Source of the DNA: Vezdaea acicularis | Lineage: Eukaryota | Length of the DNA stretch: 58,104 nt | Assembly (NCBI GenBank): GCA_026025075.1 | Contig: JAPEUI010000048.1 | Location: 62,001 to 120,104, forward strand | Direction of reading: 5' to 3' | In this document: one piece after another, positions 25,666-36,637 of the stretch | How the letters are laid out: every line of letters starts with the position of its first letter | Numbering within the stretch: position 1 is the first letter of the stretch | Position numbers and translations under genes: made by a program | The notes under the pieces: generated by a model | Seen by the model: only the letters and a program-made list of their open reading frames with translations | The model's database searches: none | What the model was told of the DNA's origin: nothing

Positions 25666-28128
25666 TCACGTGAGTTGTATCCCCACCGTGACATCTCGGG
25701 CAACTTCACAGCCCCTTCGTATAACCTCCTTCTCCTTGTTCTTTCGAATAAGATCACTTCGCGATACAGTCCTCTTGAGAAATGTCCTTAAACTTCTTGA
25801 TAGATCAGGTATACTTCGAACATCAAATATATCAGCCACCATCCCCGCTTCGTCCCCAGCATCCGGACCCCCTTTTGCATGTAGGAAGATCGTGATCATC
25901 AAGACCTCAAGGAACGTCGAAGTGGTGTGCTGTAGAGATTTGAAGTTTAGCTTTCGAAGAGCTGAGAGACCCATCCCCTTTCCAGCAATGATAATTCCGA
26001 ACATCTTCGCCAGCTTGAAGATAGCGTCCGTATCCAATTGATCATCTTCGTAGTCCTCGGCGCTATCATAAAGGGAATCCTCACCCATCTGCTTGAAGAT
26101 ATCCCATAACCGGCACTTGAAGTGAAACTCCATCTTGAGATGGGTCTCAAAGCACATCTTTCGCGCAACTGTTGCGTAATAAGGGTTCGGCTTGGCTTCC
26201 GCTTTGCAGCAGCATATTAGAACTGTTGGGATCTCCTGCGTTTTGATTTTCTTGATTCTAAGCAGCTTCATGAGCTTCATATGAGCGTCCTTAGCATCAG
26301 ACGCCGACATGATGGTGATAAATATAATCCGCCGCACTTCTGTATTCATCCCCCAGTCCTTTGCGATCTGAGACAGGGCAGCAACCCCACTGTCAAGCTC
26401 CACATCCTTTAAGCGGTCCAATTGCCCATGGTGCCCCTCTTTGATTATGGTCTTAGGTGGGTCACCGGTGTGGTTATCTTTCCAGCTTGCACCAACTAGC
26501 CACCATTTCCCATCGCTATCTGCACTCCGGATATGCTCAAGCCCCACGCCCAGTGGTTCCGTGGCCCGGAGTGATCTCGTGTTTAGTGACCCTAGGGTCT
26601 TTTTCATGGCCGTGATATGCTCGGATGCAATCGAAGATGCCAATATCCCGGTCTTCATGCGGTTATTCTTCAAGTTATTGATTGTTTCAATCATGAATTT
26701 CGTTCTGATAGACAGATTCGCTTCCCCAACCCGATCAACAGCGGTTCGAAGCATAACGACTATGTCCTTGAGTGCAGATGTGCCGTCTGCAATGGTATCC
26801 TGTCGCAATTGCGGTCCCGAATTTCGGACAACTTTCAATATTAGCTCCGTATTGATTTCGGTGATTTCAGCAAGGAATTGCCGTAGATAGTCGAATATCA
26901 ACCTCTTCCCGATTACTTGAAAATTATACAGGTGGGAGAGGAGGGCTACGAGATTCGTCATCCCCTTTCCTAAATCCTGTCTCCCAGATTCTGCGTATCG
27001 CAAGTCGAATCTTTCAATAATCGATTGAACAGTTTGTGCTCCAAAGTCCTGGCCCACGACCTTGTAGATTGCTGCAATAAATCCCGCATGCAATATGATA
27101 AAGTTGTCTTCATGGGCAGCATCCTGAGAAACTAGGCTAATCAGAAGGTCCACCAAGTTTGAAGTGATATACTGCCTCGCGTTTTCGCGGTACAAGCGCT
27201 CTACATCTCCCAAGATGGAGAGGATGTTGGCCCCAGATATTCTGTTCATGAGACCCTGGAGTTGGCGCCGAAGTCGTAGTAGAAGCTCTGTATCATCTGA
27301 TTTCGACCTCCTCAGCGAGGGAGGAACATACTTTGCGGATTGCGAAGGAGAGGTGACCGCGGCAACGTAGGGATTCTCCCTCTTTTTGGGTGGCAAATCA
27401 GAGACCGAATTGTCAAAATCAAAGCTCTCAAAAGAAGCTTCATCGGAATCTTCCTTGCTTTTGTCAGACGCCTCTGAGTTCCCCTCCAGCTCCGACCCCT
27501 CGACCTCGTCGGCGCTGTCCGTCCCTCCCTTATGTGCATAAAGCGTAGCTTTCAGCCTCTTACTCTCCAGCCACTGCCCATCCACAGCATCTCTCTTCCT
27601 CTTACCAGGCTTCCGTCCATCTTCCTCGGGTTCTGAGCCATCAAGTCCATCAAGCAGTAGATCCAAACCGTCCTCCTCAAAATCCTTCGACAGCTTTTTG
27701 TTCTTAAGCTTTAACTTCTTCTCAAGTGCCAATATCTCCGTGTCATCCTCACTCAGCTTTGCTTTGACGCCCTTAGATAGTCGAGGCGGCGGAGACAGCG
27801 AGTCCCTCTTACGTGTAGGCTCTACTCTTATGGAGGTCTTAAGTATAGACTTCGGGAGGCTCGAAAACTTGTGCAAAATTTTCTCCCCTTGGCTGTCGTC
27901 TGCCGTCTCTTGCTCCTTGTGTTCCTTGTACCGAAGAGAATGTTGGGCTCCCTTACTCGACCTTCTCCTTTGGCTGCTCACGACCTTCTCCGTTCGCTCC
28001 GCTTTTCTCCGTGCCTTTCTCCCCAACGCACCTTTTTTTGCCTGATACGAATTCCCTCTATTTCCCACTCCAATCTCCTCTCTCAACCGTTTTGGCAAGC
28101 TTGTGGTATCATGAGGTTGCCTGCCCAT
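25666..28128 (-). CDS. SGD1: Sgd1/NOM1 nucleolar MIF4G + MA3 domain protein
   Basis: 820-aa ORF with KYVPPSLR, LQGLMNRIS, LLSHLYNFQVI, NSGPQLRQD, RTKFMIETINNLKNN, GKWWLVGASW and MNTEVRRIIFITIMS. Confidence 0.93.
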   Translation of the reverse strand: MGRQPHDTTSLPKRLREEIGVGNRGNSYQAKKGALGRKARRKAERTEKVVSSQRRRSSKGAQHSLRYKEHKEQETADDSQGEKILHKFSSLPKSILKTSIRVEPTRKRDSLSPPPRLSKGVKAKLSEDDTEILALEKKLKLKNKKLSKDFEEDGLDLLLDGLDGSEPEEDGRKPGKRKRDAVDGQWLESKRLKATLYAHKGGTDSADEVEGSELEGNSEASDKSKEDSDEASFESFDFDNSVSDLPPKKRENPYVAAVTSPSQSAKYVPPSLRRSKSDDTELLLRLRRQLQGLMNRISGANILSILGDVERLYRENARQYITSNLVDLLISLVSQDAAHEDNFIILHAGFIAAIYKVVGQDFGAQTVQSIIERFDLRYAESGRQDLGKGMTNLVALLSHLYNFQVIGKRLIFDYLRQFLAEITEINTELILKVVRNSGPQLRQDTIADGTSALKDIVVMLRTAVDRVGEANLSIRTKFMIETINNLKNNRMKTGILASSIASEHITAMKKTLGSLNTRSLRATEPLGVGLEHIRSADSDGKWWLVGASWKDNHTGDPPKTIIKEGHHGQLDRLKDVELDSGVAALSQIAKDWGMNTEVRRIIFITIMSASDAKDAHMKLMKLLRIKKIKTQEIPTVLICCCKAEAKPNPYYATVARKMCFETHLKMEFHFKCRLWDIFKQMGEDSLYDSAEDYEDDQLDTDAIFKLAKMFGIIIAGKGMGLSALRKLNFKSLQHTTSTFLEVLMITIFLHAKGGPDAGDEAGMVADIFDVRSIPDLSRSLRTFLKRTVSRSDLIRKNKEKEVIRRGCEVARDVTVGIQLT

Positions 28129-28448
28129 CGCATGTATCTCCGTTCGAGGAAGTGTGCAAAAAAGTTCGCTAAAGGTTTCGATAAGTTCAGGTTAAGTCTT
28201 TCCCCGCCATTTTGCGAACTCGAAAAATATATCACCACCAAGCATTCGCCGATTACAGGAAGCGGCGCTCTTTCGACCTGTATCAAACCCCGGCTATGGA
28301 GACGGTCCGAACTTCGCGAGTCTGAGAGCTGCTAACCGCTGATCTAAGTGCGCTCTACGCTCTGCCTTTAGCACTTACGGCGCACAATCTCGAGTCGGAC
28401 CACCATCTCTTACCCGAGCGTTACCAACGGAGCTATTTTCCACGCAAC

Positions 28449-28989
28449 ATGCCATCAGAACTCCTCTCAAACGATGAAGTAGGCCCCCAAGAGTCTCGCT
28501 ACCCCATCCCTTCCCCATACTCCAACCACAACCCTTGTTCCTTGCACAGGTACACCCACTTAGCCCCCACCATAGTTCCTCACCCGCCTCCTCCCCCTCC
28601 TCAGCACCCGACATGGACCCAGCCACGGCTCGATCTTCCTGACTCAGAAGCGGCTTTCTCACGACCATAAATCTACCGCCAGTTCCCCCTCGTCCACTTC
28701 TCTTCCCGCTCCCGCACCAGCCACCCTCTTATCCGACCTTGAACCTCCGCTTGCCCTGCTACCCGTCCTAATACGGGCGACCAACGGCGAATCTAAGGAC
28801 CGTAGAAGCAAGAAAGTGAAGCTATCGACAGTGGTAGAGGCGGAGGACATACCAGTGTTCTACGAGAGGTATGCGGAGGTGTGTAGACAGGGTATGGCGG
28901 GCATGAAGAAGAGAGATAGGAGCGGGCGGAAGAAAGGGAAGAAGAAGGATGGGGCGAAGGGTGAAGAGGGCAAGGACGTAGTAAAGTGA
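28449..28989 (+). CDS. SRP14: Signal recognition particle subunit Srp14
   Basis: Exon 28449-28478 (MPSELLSNDE), intron 28479-28575, exon 28576-28989: FLTRL..HGSIFLTQKRL...LIRATNGESK...KVKLSTVV...FYERYAEVCRQGMAGMKKRDRSGRKK. Confidence 0.93.
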
Positions 28990-29511
28990 GGATGTTAAAA
29001 CTAGAGGAATTGGGGGTCCTAATATTTGCTGCAGAGGTGTGGAAGCTTACGTCTCATCTCAAGCCGAGAAAAGCAAGCATTCGAGACTTTCTCTCACTCA
29101 CGCTCGGTTTAGTTGCATTCAATCGAGCTACTTTGAGCAAAAACTTTTGAATTCTCCATAGCTAAGCACGGAAGGTCAGCGATACTATTGAGAATGCTTG
29201 AAGCATTCCATCGATTCGTACGGTATCGTAAGACAAGCAACGAAGCCCTTGAGCAAGTCGAAACGTTGCTGTCGAAGCAAGAGGTAAAGCCAGTAGTCCG
29301 AGAGCTGAAGAAAAAGTCTTGGAAATGACATATTTTGCAAATTTCTCAGATGATCTCGCCATAAGCTGTGAGTCTGATCAGTCCCGTCGCCAGTTCTCTG
29401 TCCTTGGGTATGGAAGGGAAGCTGCCGTAGTCTGAAAGGTGTTGATGACAGGAGTCAAGGAATTAAAGACCCTATTCTCAAACATAGGGCTACGCCTGGC
29501 TTATAAGGTGC

Positions 29512-31996
29512 TTAGGTGATCTGATCTTGCGCAGCACCCGTCATCTCAGTACCCTCCATAGCTTCGCCTCCTCCAATATTTGCATATTTGACAAAGGTCA
29601 GGCCGAGAGGGCGACCACCGTACTGGTAGCCGGAGAACTTCGCTATAGGATAGTTAGCAAGAAAGCTTCAATCAAGATAATAGTACACAAAGAGCAGCTC
29701 ACATATAGCCGTCTCAGCTGTGTCCGCATTGTCAAATTGAACCACGCCAGTTCCACGGGACCGCCCATTCGGTTCATACTGAATCTCTGCACGCTCAACC
29801 TTCCCAATAGTTCCAAATAGGTCGACAAGGTCCTCGTTGCTAGTAGCCCATGGGAGCTGCCAGGTGGTTAGAAAAGACGACGTGAGCTGCTTAGAGGCTT
29901 CCAACTTACGTTTCGCACATAAATGATCTCATTTTTGTCTCCTCCAGAGGTGGCAAAGTCAGTGAACGGATTGGGAGGAGCAGCCACAGCGGGTGTGCCA
30001 CCGCCTTCACGGGGTCCACCGTCGTAGCCGCCGCTGCCGTACCCTCCACCTCCGTATCCTCCTCGGCCTCCGAAGCCCCCACCGAAGCCTCCACGACCAG
30101 CAAAGCCACCCCCCCGCGCGCCGAACCCGCCTCTTCCGAATCCACCACCTCCTCCGAAACCGCCGCGTGCTCCAAATCCAGGCCCGGCCCCAGCAAATCT
30201 GTCTTCTCTAACTTCAAGGGCACGGTCCTGGAACATGTACCCATTGAACTGAGCTATGGCATTACGAGCATCGTCAGGATGTTCGAAAGCAACGATACCA
30301 GTGCCTTTATGGTGTCCATCAGGGCCTATGTGAACGTCGGCTCGGAGAACTTGCCCTTGTTGAGCTATCGGTCGATAATGTCAATAAGAGATCCCGAATT
30401 CGCGGCCAGACAGTTTATGCTAATGTTGAGGAGGATTACATACCAGCCTGGCGGAACAGATCCTTTAAGTCTTGCCATCCAACGGAATAGGGGAGCTACA
30501 ACAACTATGTTAATGCCGCAAACCTTGGGTGTTGAAAGAAAGAAGGGGGTTAGAAACAAACGTTCGAGACGTAGATTTGACGGCCACCACCACCTCCTCC
30601 TGATGCGCCGCCATAACCTCCGCCGAAGCCACCACGGCCCCCGACTGGACCACCAAAATCGCCGCGTGCTGGTGGACCAGTGAAACGAGGTTCAGCCTCG
30701 CGATCCTAGTTGACGGAGATGGTATCAGTAATGATAAAACTTACGGAATGGCGTGGGCGATCAGGGATGGGGATGCAGGTGTGGCTTTACCTCACGAACA
30801 TAGACGAGTCTTCCCATCAAGTTCTGATTGCTGAGAGTGTTGACGGCCTGCTGAGCCTGCTCCCTCGTAGCATATTCTACGATTCTATATCCCCTTGATC
30901 AGTACTTGTTCGAGGCAGTCTCTTGAGAATAGATCTGCACTTACCCGCATCCCTACATAACCCGCGGACATCCAGTCCAATCCGTCAATCCAAACATCCA
31001 TCAAAACACCAAAGGAACCAGAAAGACCAGCCACAATCACATATTGGCGCCCACCTTCGACATTCCATTCGGAAGTAACAACACATCGGCGAAGAGAACC
31101 TCCCCAGCTATTACTCTAGTATCAGTCCTAATCTTTCACGGTCCGTACCGAGTCATGTACTAACCCTGTCTCATGAAATCTTTAAGATGGTGCCATTTCA
31201 CATCATATGAAAGGTTGCCGACGTAGACACGACGGTCTTGTTGAGAAGTTTGTCGGATATTTTCCATCATCTGCTCCTTGGCCACCGCTCGATCTGCAGG
31301 GTCTCTACGTGGTGCACCTCCGTAGTTCGAGCCGGAATAACCTCCTGAACCTGCCGGCGCTCCACTCATAGGCGAGCGAGACCTACGGTCGGATCGTCGA
31401 TAATCGTCGCGACTCCGAGAGCGGCTACGAGGCGAGTAGGACCGATGACGGCGAGGACTGCGGGAGCGGCGTCGTGGAGAGCGTGATCTCTCACGCTACA
31501 AACAGTCAGCCTAATGGTGAACGCTCTCCGAGTATAAGAGAGAGTTGTGATGATCGGGGCCACTGCTATTCGAGCCGTCCAGATAATAGTACTAGCGTGA
31601 GTATATTCGAAGTTCGTTTCCGAGGCTGCACGGACGCTCTCAAGATGAGGGAGATGCGTGGAATTCAGAATACAAGAGAGGAGGGTGGTTTGATAGGACA
31701 CATGCGTGATTTGCATAGGGCTGAAGGCAATAATGCGGGAAAGCACGATTGTGGAACGCCAGCTGAAGCGAGTGCAACAGAGTTTTAGTGAGATGGGGAG
31801 AAAGGCATTAAACTTACTTTGGATGGACGATATACGTCGGCGGAGTCTGCTGCAATCAAGGTGAGCAATGGTCGAGTACAAAGAAAACTCTCTTTGCAAG
31901 TGCAAGATTTCGGGATGAAACGTGAAAGGACAAGAAGTGTGGCGAGGGGCGCCGAGGGGGAGCTAGATTGAGGGGGGACGAAGGTGACCAACCCAT
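29512..31996 (-). CDS. Gbp2/Hrb1-like SR-type protein with three RRMs and RGG linkers
   Basis: ATG-G exon at 31996-31993, exon [13 protein letters not shown]-rich exon, [31 protein letters not shown] (via an 8-nt micro-exon), [14 protein letters not shown] repeats, IYVRNLPW and [11 protein letters not shown]; stop TAA at 29512-29514. Confidence 0.92.
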
Positions 31997-32889
31997 TGTG
32001 TTTATATTGTTGCCGATCTTCTACAGCCTTGAGCGTAGACTACTCGTTGCGACAGGCGTAAGTTGCTGGGCTATTTCTGCAAGAAGAGCAAAGAAGAAGT
32101 AGGCGTGCAGGGGGGGCTTTTGATGCGAGAGTGCTAGACGGGAAAAATTCGAGTATGGATTGGGTGGTAATATTCTAGTGGTGAATGGAGCACCAGCCAG
32201 GACTGTTGACGCGCCTGTGCGGGCCTTGAAGTCGGCTTCCCAAACGTCCTCGAGGTTTGGGGGTTGGGGGTTGGTACAGCGAAGAAGGAAGACGATGGTG
32301 TGCTAGAGCGGCAGTTGCCTTCGTTTGCCTAACCTCAGGAAGAATGTCAACGGGTGATCGCTTCGAGATTGTCTTCGGCCTTTGTCTTTCCGACTGACAT
32401 AGAGCGACGAATAAGCTCCTGCACCAGACACCGGCGTGTCTGCACACGCGAGGTGCCCGTCGCAAGCTGCCTGTCCTACCACGCCGCAATCGATATCCTC
32501 CGCCTGCATTCACTAACCGGGCGAGAGTATGTGTGAGGGGGTGGAGCAGGCGGGAGGCTATCAATGGCGGTCCAGCAGCAGGAGGGGGGGGGGGGAGGGG
32601 TTCTCACTCTACCTGCTACCGCACAATATATCGGCAGAGCCGTATACTTTGACCTGAGAATATGTTCTGAGTTGAACGTTGGTGCACAGTTGAAGGTGTA
32701 AAGTCTATAGAGACGTTTATAGCGTCCGAGAGATGTGAAGATCGAGACTAGGTTGATTGGCCAACATTAGCAAGCATACCATCACGCGCGGAGGGAGCAA
32801 GGGATGGCCTGAGTTTGAGAATGCCACACCAAGATCAACACCGTTAATTTCGACCTCAGCAACAGCGGATCAAGGTACAGACCGAGACG

Positions 32890-33513
32890 TCACAGCATGG
32901 ATCTGAGGGTGGTAGGTGAACGTACAGTCAATATTCGATGCAGACGTTGAACGTGGCGGTTCTGCCCTCTATTGGTCGATGAATAGTCGTTGGAGTTCGA
33001 GCTCACCACAATACAAAGCCAGAGAGGACAAAGGGTTGCAGCGTGGAAGGGGCTAATGCCTGGACGGAAACTTCGCGCTACGCTAGCCGTATCACTCACA
33101 CACGCGAAAATCTTCGGAACAAAATTGAGAAAATCCCGCTTTACCCCCACAACTCTTGCCCTCATCATGTTTTTTTTCCCATCAGTCGGGCCTGCCATGG
33201 ACTGTCTCTTGCTCGACAGTATTCCTATCGCCCTGGCCATATTGGATACAAAGGGGCCCTTGACCGGTTCGCCAAAGGGGACCAGATCCGACAAGGTTAC
33301 CTGCTGGCTTTATTGCATGTTTCGGGATACAGGAACAGCATCGATACCCTGAGGTACCTTGTGTAGCTCCAATCTTCCAAAGGTACATGGTGCTATGAAT
33401 GAAGTTCGCCACAGTCCTCGGGGGATGGCTGAACTCATGGCCCCTGTACGACTCGAAAGCTTCCGGTGGCTTTGTTTAAGCCAGGATCCGCAGATCCTTA
33501 CAATGTCACCCAA
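32890..33513 (-). pseudogene. Possible decayed ORF of unknown family
   Basis: ORFs 33310-33513 and 32890-33294 are in the same frame, separated by a single TAA. No recognisable motif. Confidence 0.2.
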
Positions 33514-34074
33514 CCACTAAGATGCACTGTGTCCGTTTCTCAGTGTATCTCTATTCCACCATTTCCCGCGTGTGGGACGAGATGCAAGATCAAATCCACT
33601 CACAGGCGGAAGAGCGAACATCCGCGAATAGAGTGAGCGAGTGAGCTAACGCACTCCATGCCACAATCAATGCGACAGGGAAAATGCTCGCACTAGCTGT
33701 CGAGGCTTCAAGATGTTCACTCTGTGTGGATCCTTTCTATTGCAGGAATACTGCGGCAGCAGAGATCGCATTTACTTTCACACTGTTGGTCTCGATAGGC
33801 AGCGTCAAATGTTTTGTCATGACAATACTCCGATGTAGCATACACCGTAGTCTGTACTTCATCAGAACAATCCCTCAGGCGCCCTGGGATACGGAACACA
33901 AGGAGGCTACGTGAAGATCGTGACGATTGTTGGTAATCAAGATTTGGGTGTGCGTGGTCAAAGCGAGGCCCGCAAATCGATGAGAACCAATCCTCGCTCT
34001 CAACTCATCACATAGCGTGGATAACGGTGTTTTGCAATCCTGCTATTGGACTGGCTAGGTAGGCCAATCAAGGG

Positions 34075-34950
34075 TAACTTACTTATGAATCCAATAAAAT
34101 TATAGACTTCAACATCATATAAAATTCAAAATTTCAATTTTGTCTGATACTGGAAGAGGTAATGAAGTAATAACGCCGCTTATTACTTTTGACTATAGCG
34201 TATCCATTAAAATAATTATTAATATATCTTTCAAACATTAATATAAGAGGGTTATCAAGTTGCTTCTGCATTTTATTTTATCTTATTCTTATGTTAAACA
34301 ATTTGATACATTATAAAAACATCAGAATGAATTATAAATTTAAAATTTAGAAATTTACATTTAATTTATAAACAAAATCATCATTTTATTTTACGGTAAG
34401 TAAAGTTATTATAATTTATAATTAATTTAGAAAAGCTAAATTACTTTTTGAAAATTTTGAAAATTTTGCAAAAATATTTATGCTATAAAAAATCAAGCGT
34501 TTCAAAAAACTTCATGTTTCTAAAATATCTTTTCAATAAACAAAATTGATTTTACATAGAAATCAGGAGCAATATTTATCTCAATTAATATATAAATATT
34601 ATATTAAATATCAAATCAAAAAACTATAAATAGCAATTAAAAAAAATTAAAAATAAGCGTTAGATCATATTTAATATATTTTATGTAACACGTAAATTGA
34701 TACGTCAAATTTTTATAGAAAATATTTGTTAATTATCCAGAAAATCAATATTGTTTTGATGTCAAATAATATTTTGCAAATTTAACATTCACTAATTTTG
34801 ATTTTTATCATGAAATATCAAAAAAAGAACCTATAGCAAAAATGCTATTACTAGGTTCAATTAGTATACGTTATGTAAGAATAGCACGTTATTACAACAC
34901 GTAAGAAAATTTACGCGCAACGTTCAAAAAACAAATAATATTTTTGACAA
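34075..34950. other. Sharply bounded AT-rich island (about 15-20% GC), probably a hypermutated repeat or transposon relic
   Basis: Hand counts give 7/60 GC in 34321-34380 and 9/60 in 34561-34620, against about 50% in the flanks. No ORF of 60 aa or more lies inside it. Confidence 0.8.
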
Positions 34951-35511
34951 CATGACCTGGAGTGATTACAAGCTATTCATTCAACAGCATGTGAGATCCC
35001 CGTGGCATTCTATCTTGGGACGTCGCCAGCGACAGCTCTCGATAGGAAAGCCTTTGAAGCAGGTCCGCATAGAGTGTGCCACCAGGGGATCGTGTATCGT
35101 GAAGAAATGCAGCATTCGCCCAGTCGGGCGATAGACGCGGCGGCAGAGGAGAGCGAAGGATCAAGGTGCGGACGCCCCCTCCAGGCACTCGGGACCATGG
35201 AAGAGCGGGCCGGGCGTGCTTGTGTGCGCTCGTGCAGTGGCCAGATGCATGGATCCGCAAGCCTCTCTGGACTCTATCAGCGCGCGGAAAACAGGCCACG
35301 GCGCGATCTGGGAGCGGACTTAGGAGGCCAAAGCGGAATCCCGATGCGGCTCTGCGCCAGACCGCTGTTTGACTCGCCAAGCGCTGCGTCGTCGGATTCC
35401 GCGCTTTATCGGCGCTGCTTTCGCTTCCTCTCGTCCACTCTTTTCTCTCCGCACCGTCGACGAGCTATGGAGTGATTTCTCAACCACCACGGCATACGTA
35501 ATCGCCCATCC

Positions 35512-36476
35512 ATGGCTGTCCCGGCCACGAGGTTGACGCACCTTGCGAAAGTCAATGCACGGTCCAGCTTTCTGCGGCCTTTCGACCTGCGGCCGCCACC
35601 ATGGCGGCTGCTGCTGCTGCGACCTCCCCCTCCGTCCTTTAGCCTAACCAAGGCACCAGTGCAACGACCGTATCATTCCTACGACCGCGCGCCTTCCGCC
35701 CCAGCCTACAATGCTACCGAAGACGCCATTCTCTCGGCGGCTATGCGCCATGTTCCGGAACATGGCTTTACGGAGAAGGCGCTGGCCTTGGGCGCCGAAG
35801 AGGCTGGCTATCTCGACCTCTCCTCCGTCAATCTCTTTCCCCAGAGGGCGTTCGAGCTAGTGAATTACCACCTCGTGACGGAACGCCTCCGATTGAAAGA
35901 TCGGCTGCAATTCGAGGAGATCGAAGAGAAGCTGCATACGAAGCTGGGAGTGGGCGCTAGGGTCAGGCTACTGGCCATCGAGAGGCTGATGGCGAATAAG
36001 GACGTCGTGGGGAGGTGGCAGGAGGTAGGCGCCATCAAGCCTTTGGCTTGTGCCTCTTCGGTCCTTTCGACCGAGCCCATCCCTGCCTCTTTTTGAACAC
36101 CCTCTTTCCTTAGTCTCTGTGTTCTAACCGCTCCTTCCTACAGGCCTTGGCGCTCATGGCATACCCTACCTATGTCCCACAATCTTTGGCTGAACTGGCT
36201 CGCCTCTCGGACGAGATCTGGTTCCTGGCAGGCGACACCAGCGTCGACAGCAGCTGGTACACGAAGCGCGCCAGCTTGGCGGCCATTTACTCAAGCGCCG
36301 AGGTATACATGACGCAAGACACTTCTACAAACTTTGCCGACACGCAGCAATTTCTTGACCGGAGGTTAGAAGATGCGAGGGCGGTGGGAGATACAGTGTC
36401 GAGCGTGGGGGAGTGGCTTGGCTTCACGAGGCATGCCGTCGTCAATGTGCTGAGAAGTAAAGGCGTCAGGATATGA
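35512..36476 (+). CDS. COQ9: Ubiquinone biosynthesis protein Coq9
   Basis: AILSAAMRHVPEHGFT, WQE|ALALMA (intron 36025-36143), LARLSDEIWFLAGDTSVDSSWYTKRASLAAIYSSAE and TQQFLDRRL. Confidence 0.96.
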
Positions 36477-36637
36477 TAGGAGTCCGTATAATTTGTACAT
36501 ATCAATTGTAAAACTAGAGGGAACGCTCTGCCGACGCAAAATGCTTATGTACGCTGTACCCTCTTCGTCCAACTGAGCTACAAGCTCATCCAAAACAACC
36601 AACTCCTTCCTCTTACCACGAACGCCCTTATCATCCC

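Noticed and set aside
28479..28575. Internal CAG|GTACAC in the SRP14 intron suggesting recursive splicing or a stwintron
   Set aside because: The remaining segment would be only about 26 nt, too short for an intron, and using that acceptor alone frameshifts the gene.
34073..34410. GTAACTTACTTA and TAAGTAAAGTTAT as transposon terminal inverted repeats
   Set aside because: The match is short, gapped and AT-rich, does not bracket the island, and has no target-site duplication.
34952..35475. Overlapping 60-157 aa ORFs between the AT island and COQ9
   Set aside because: GC-rich promoter-type sequence with open frames on both strands and no recognisable motif.
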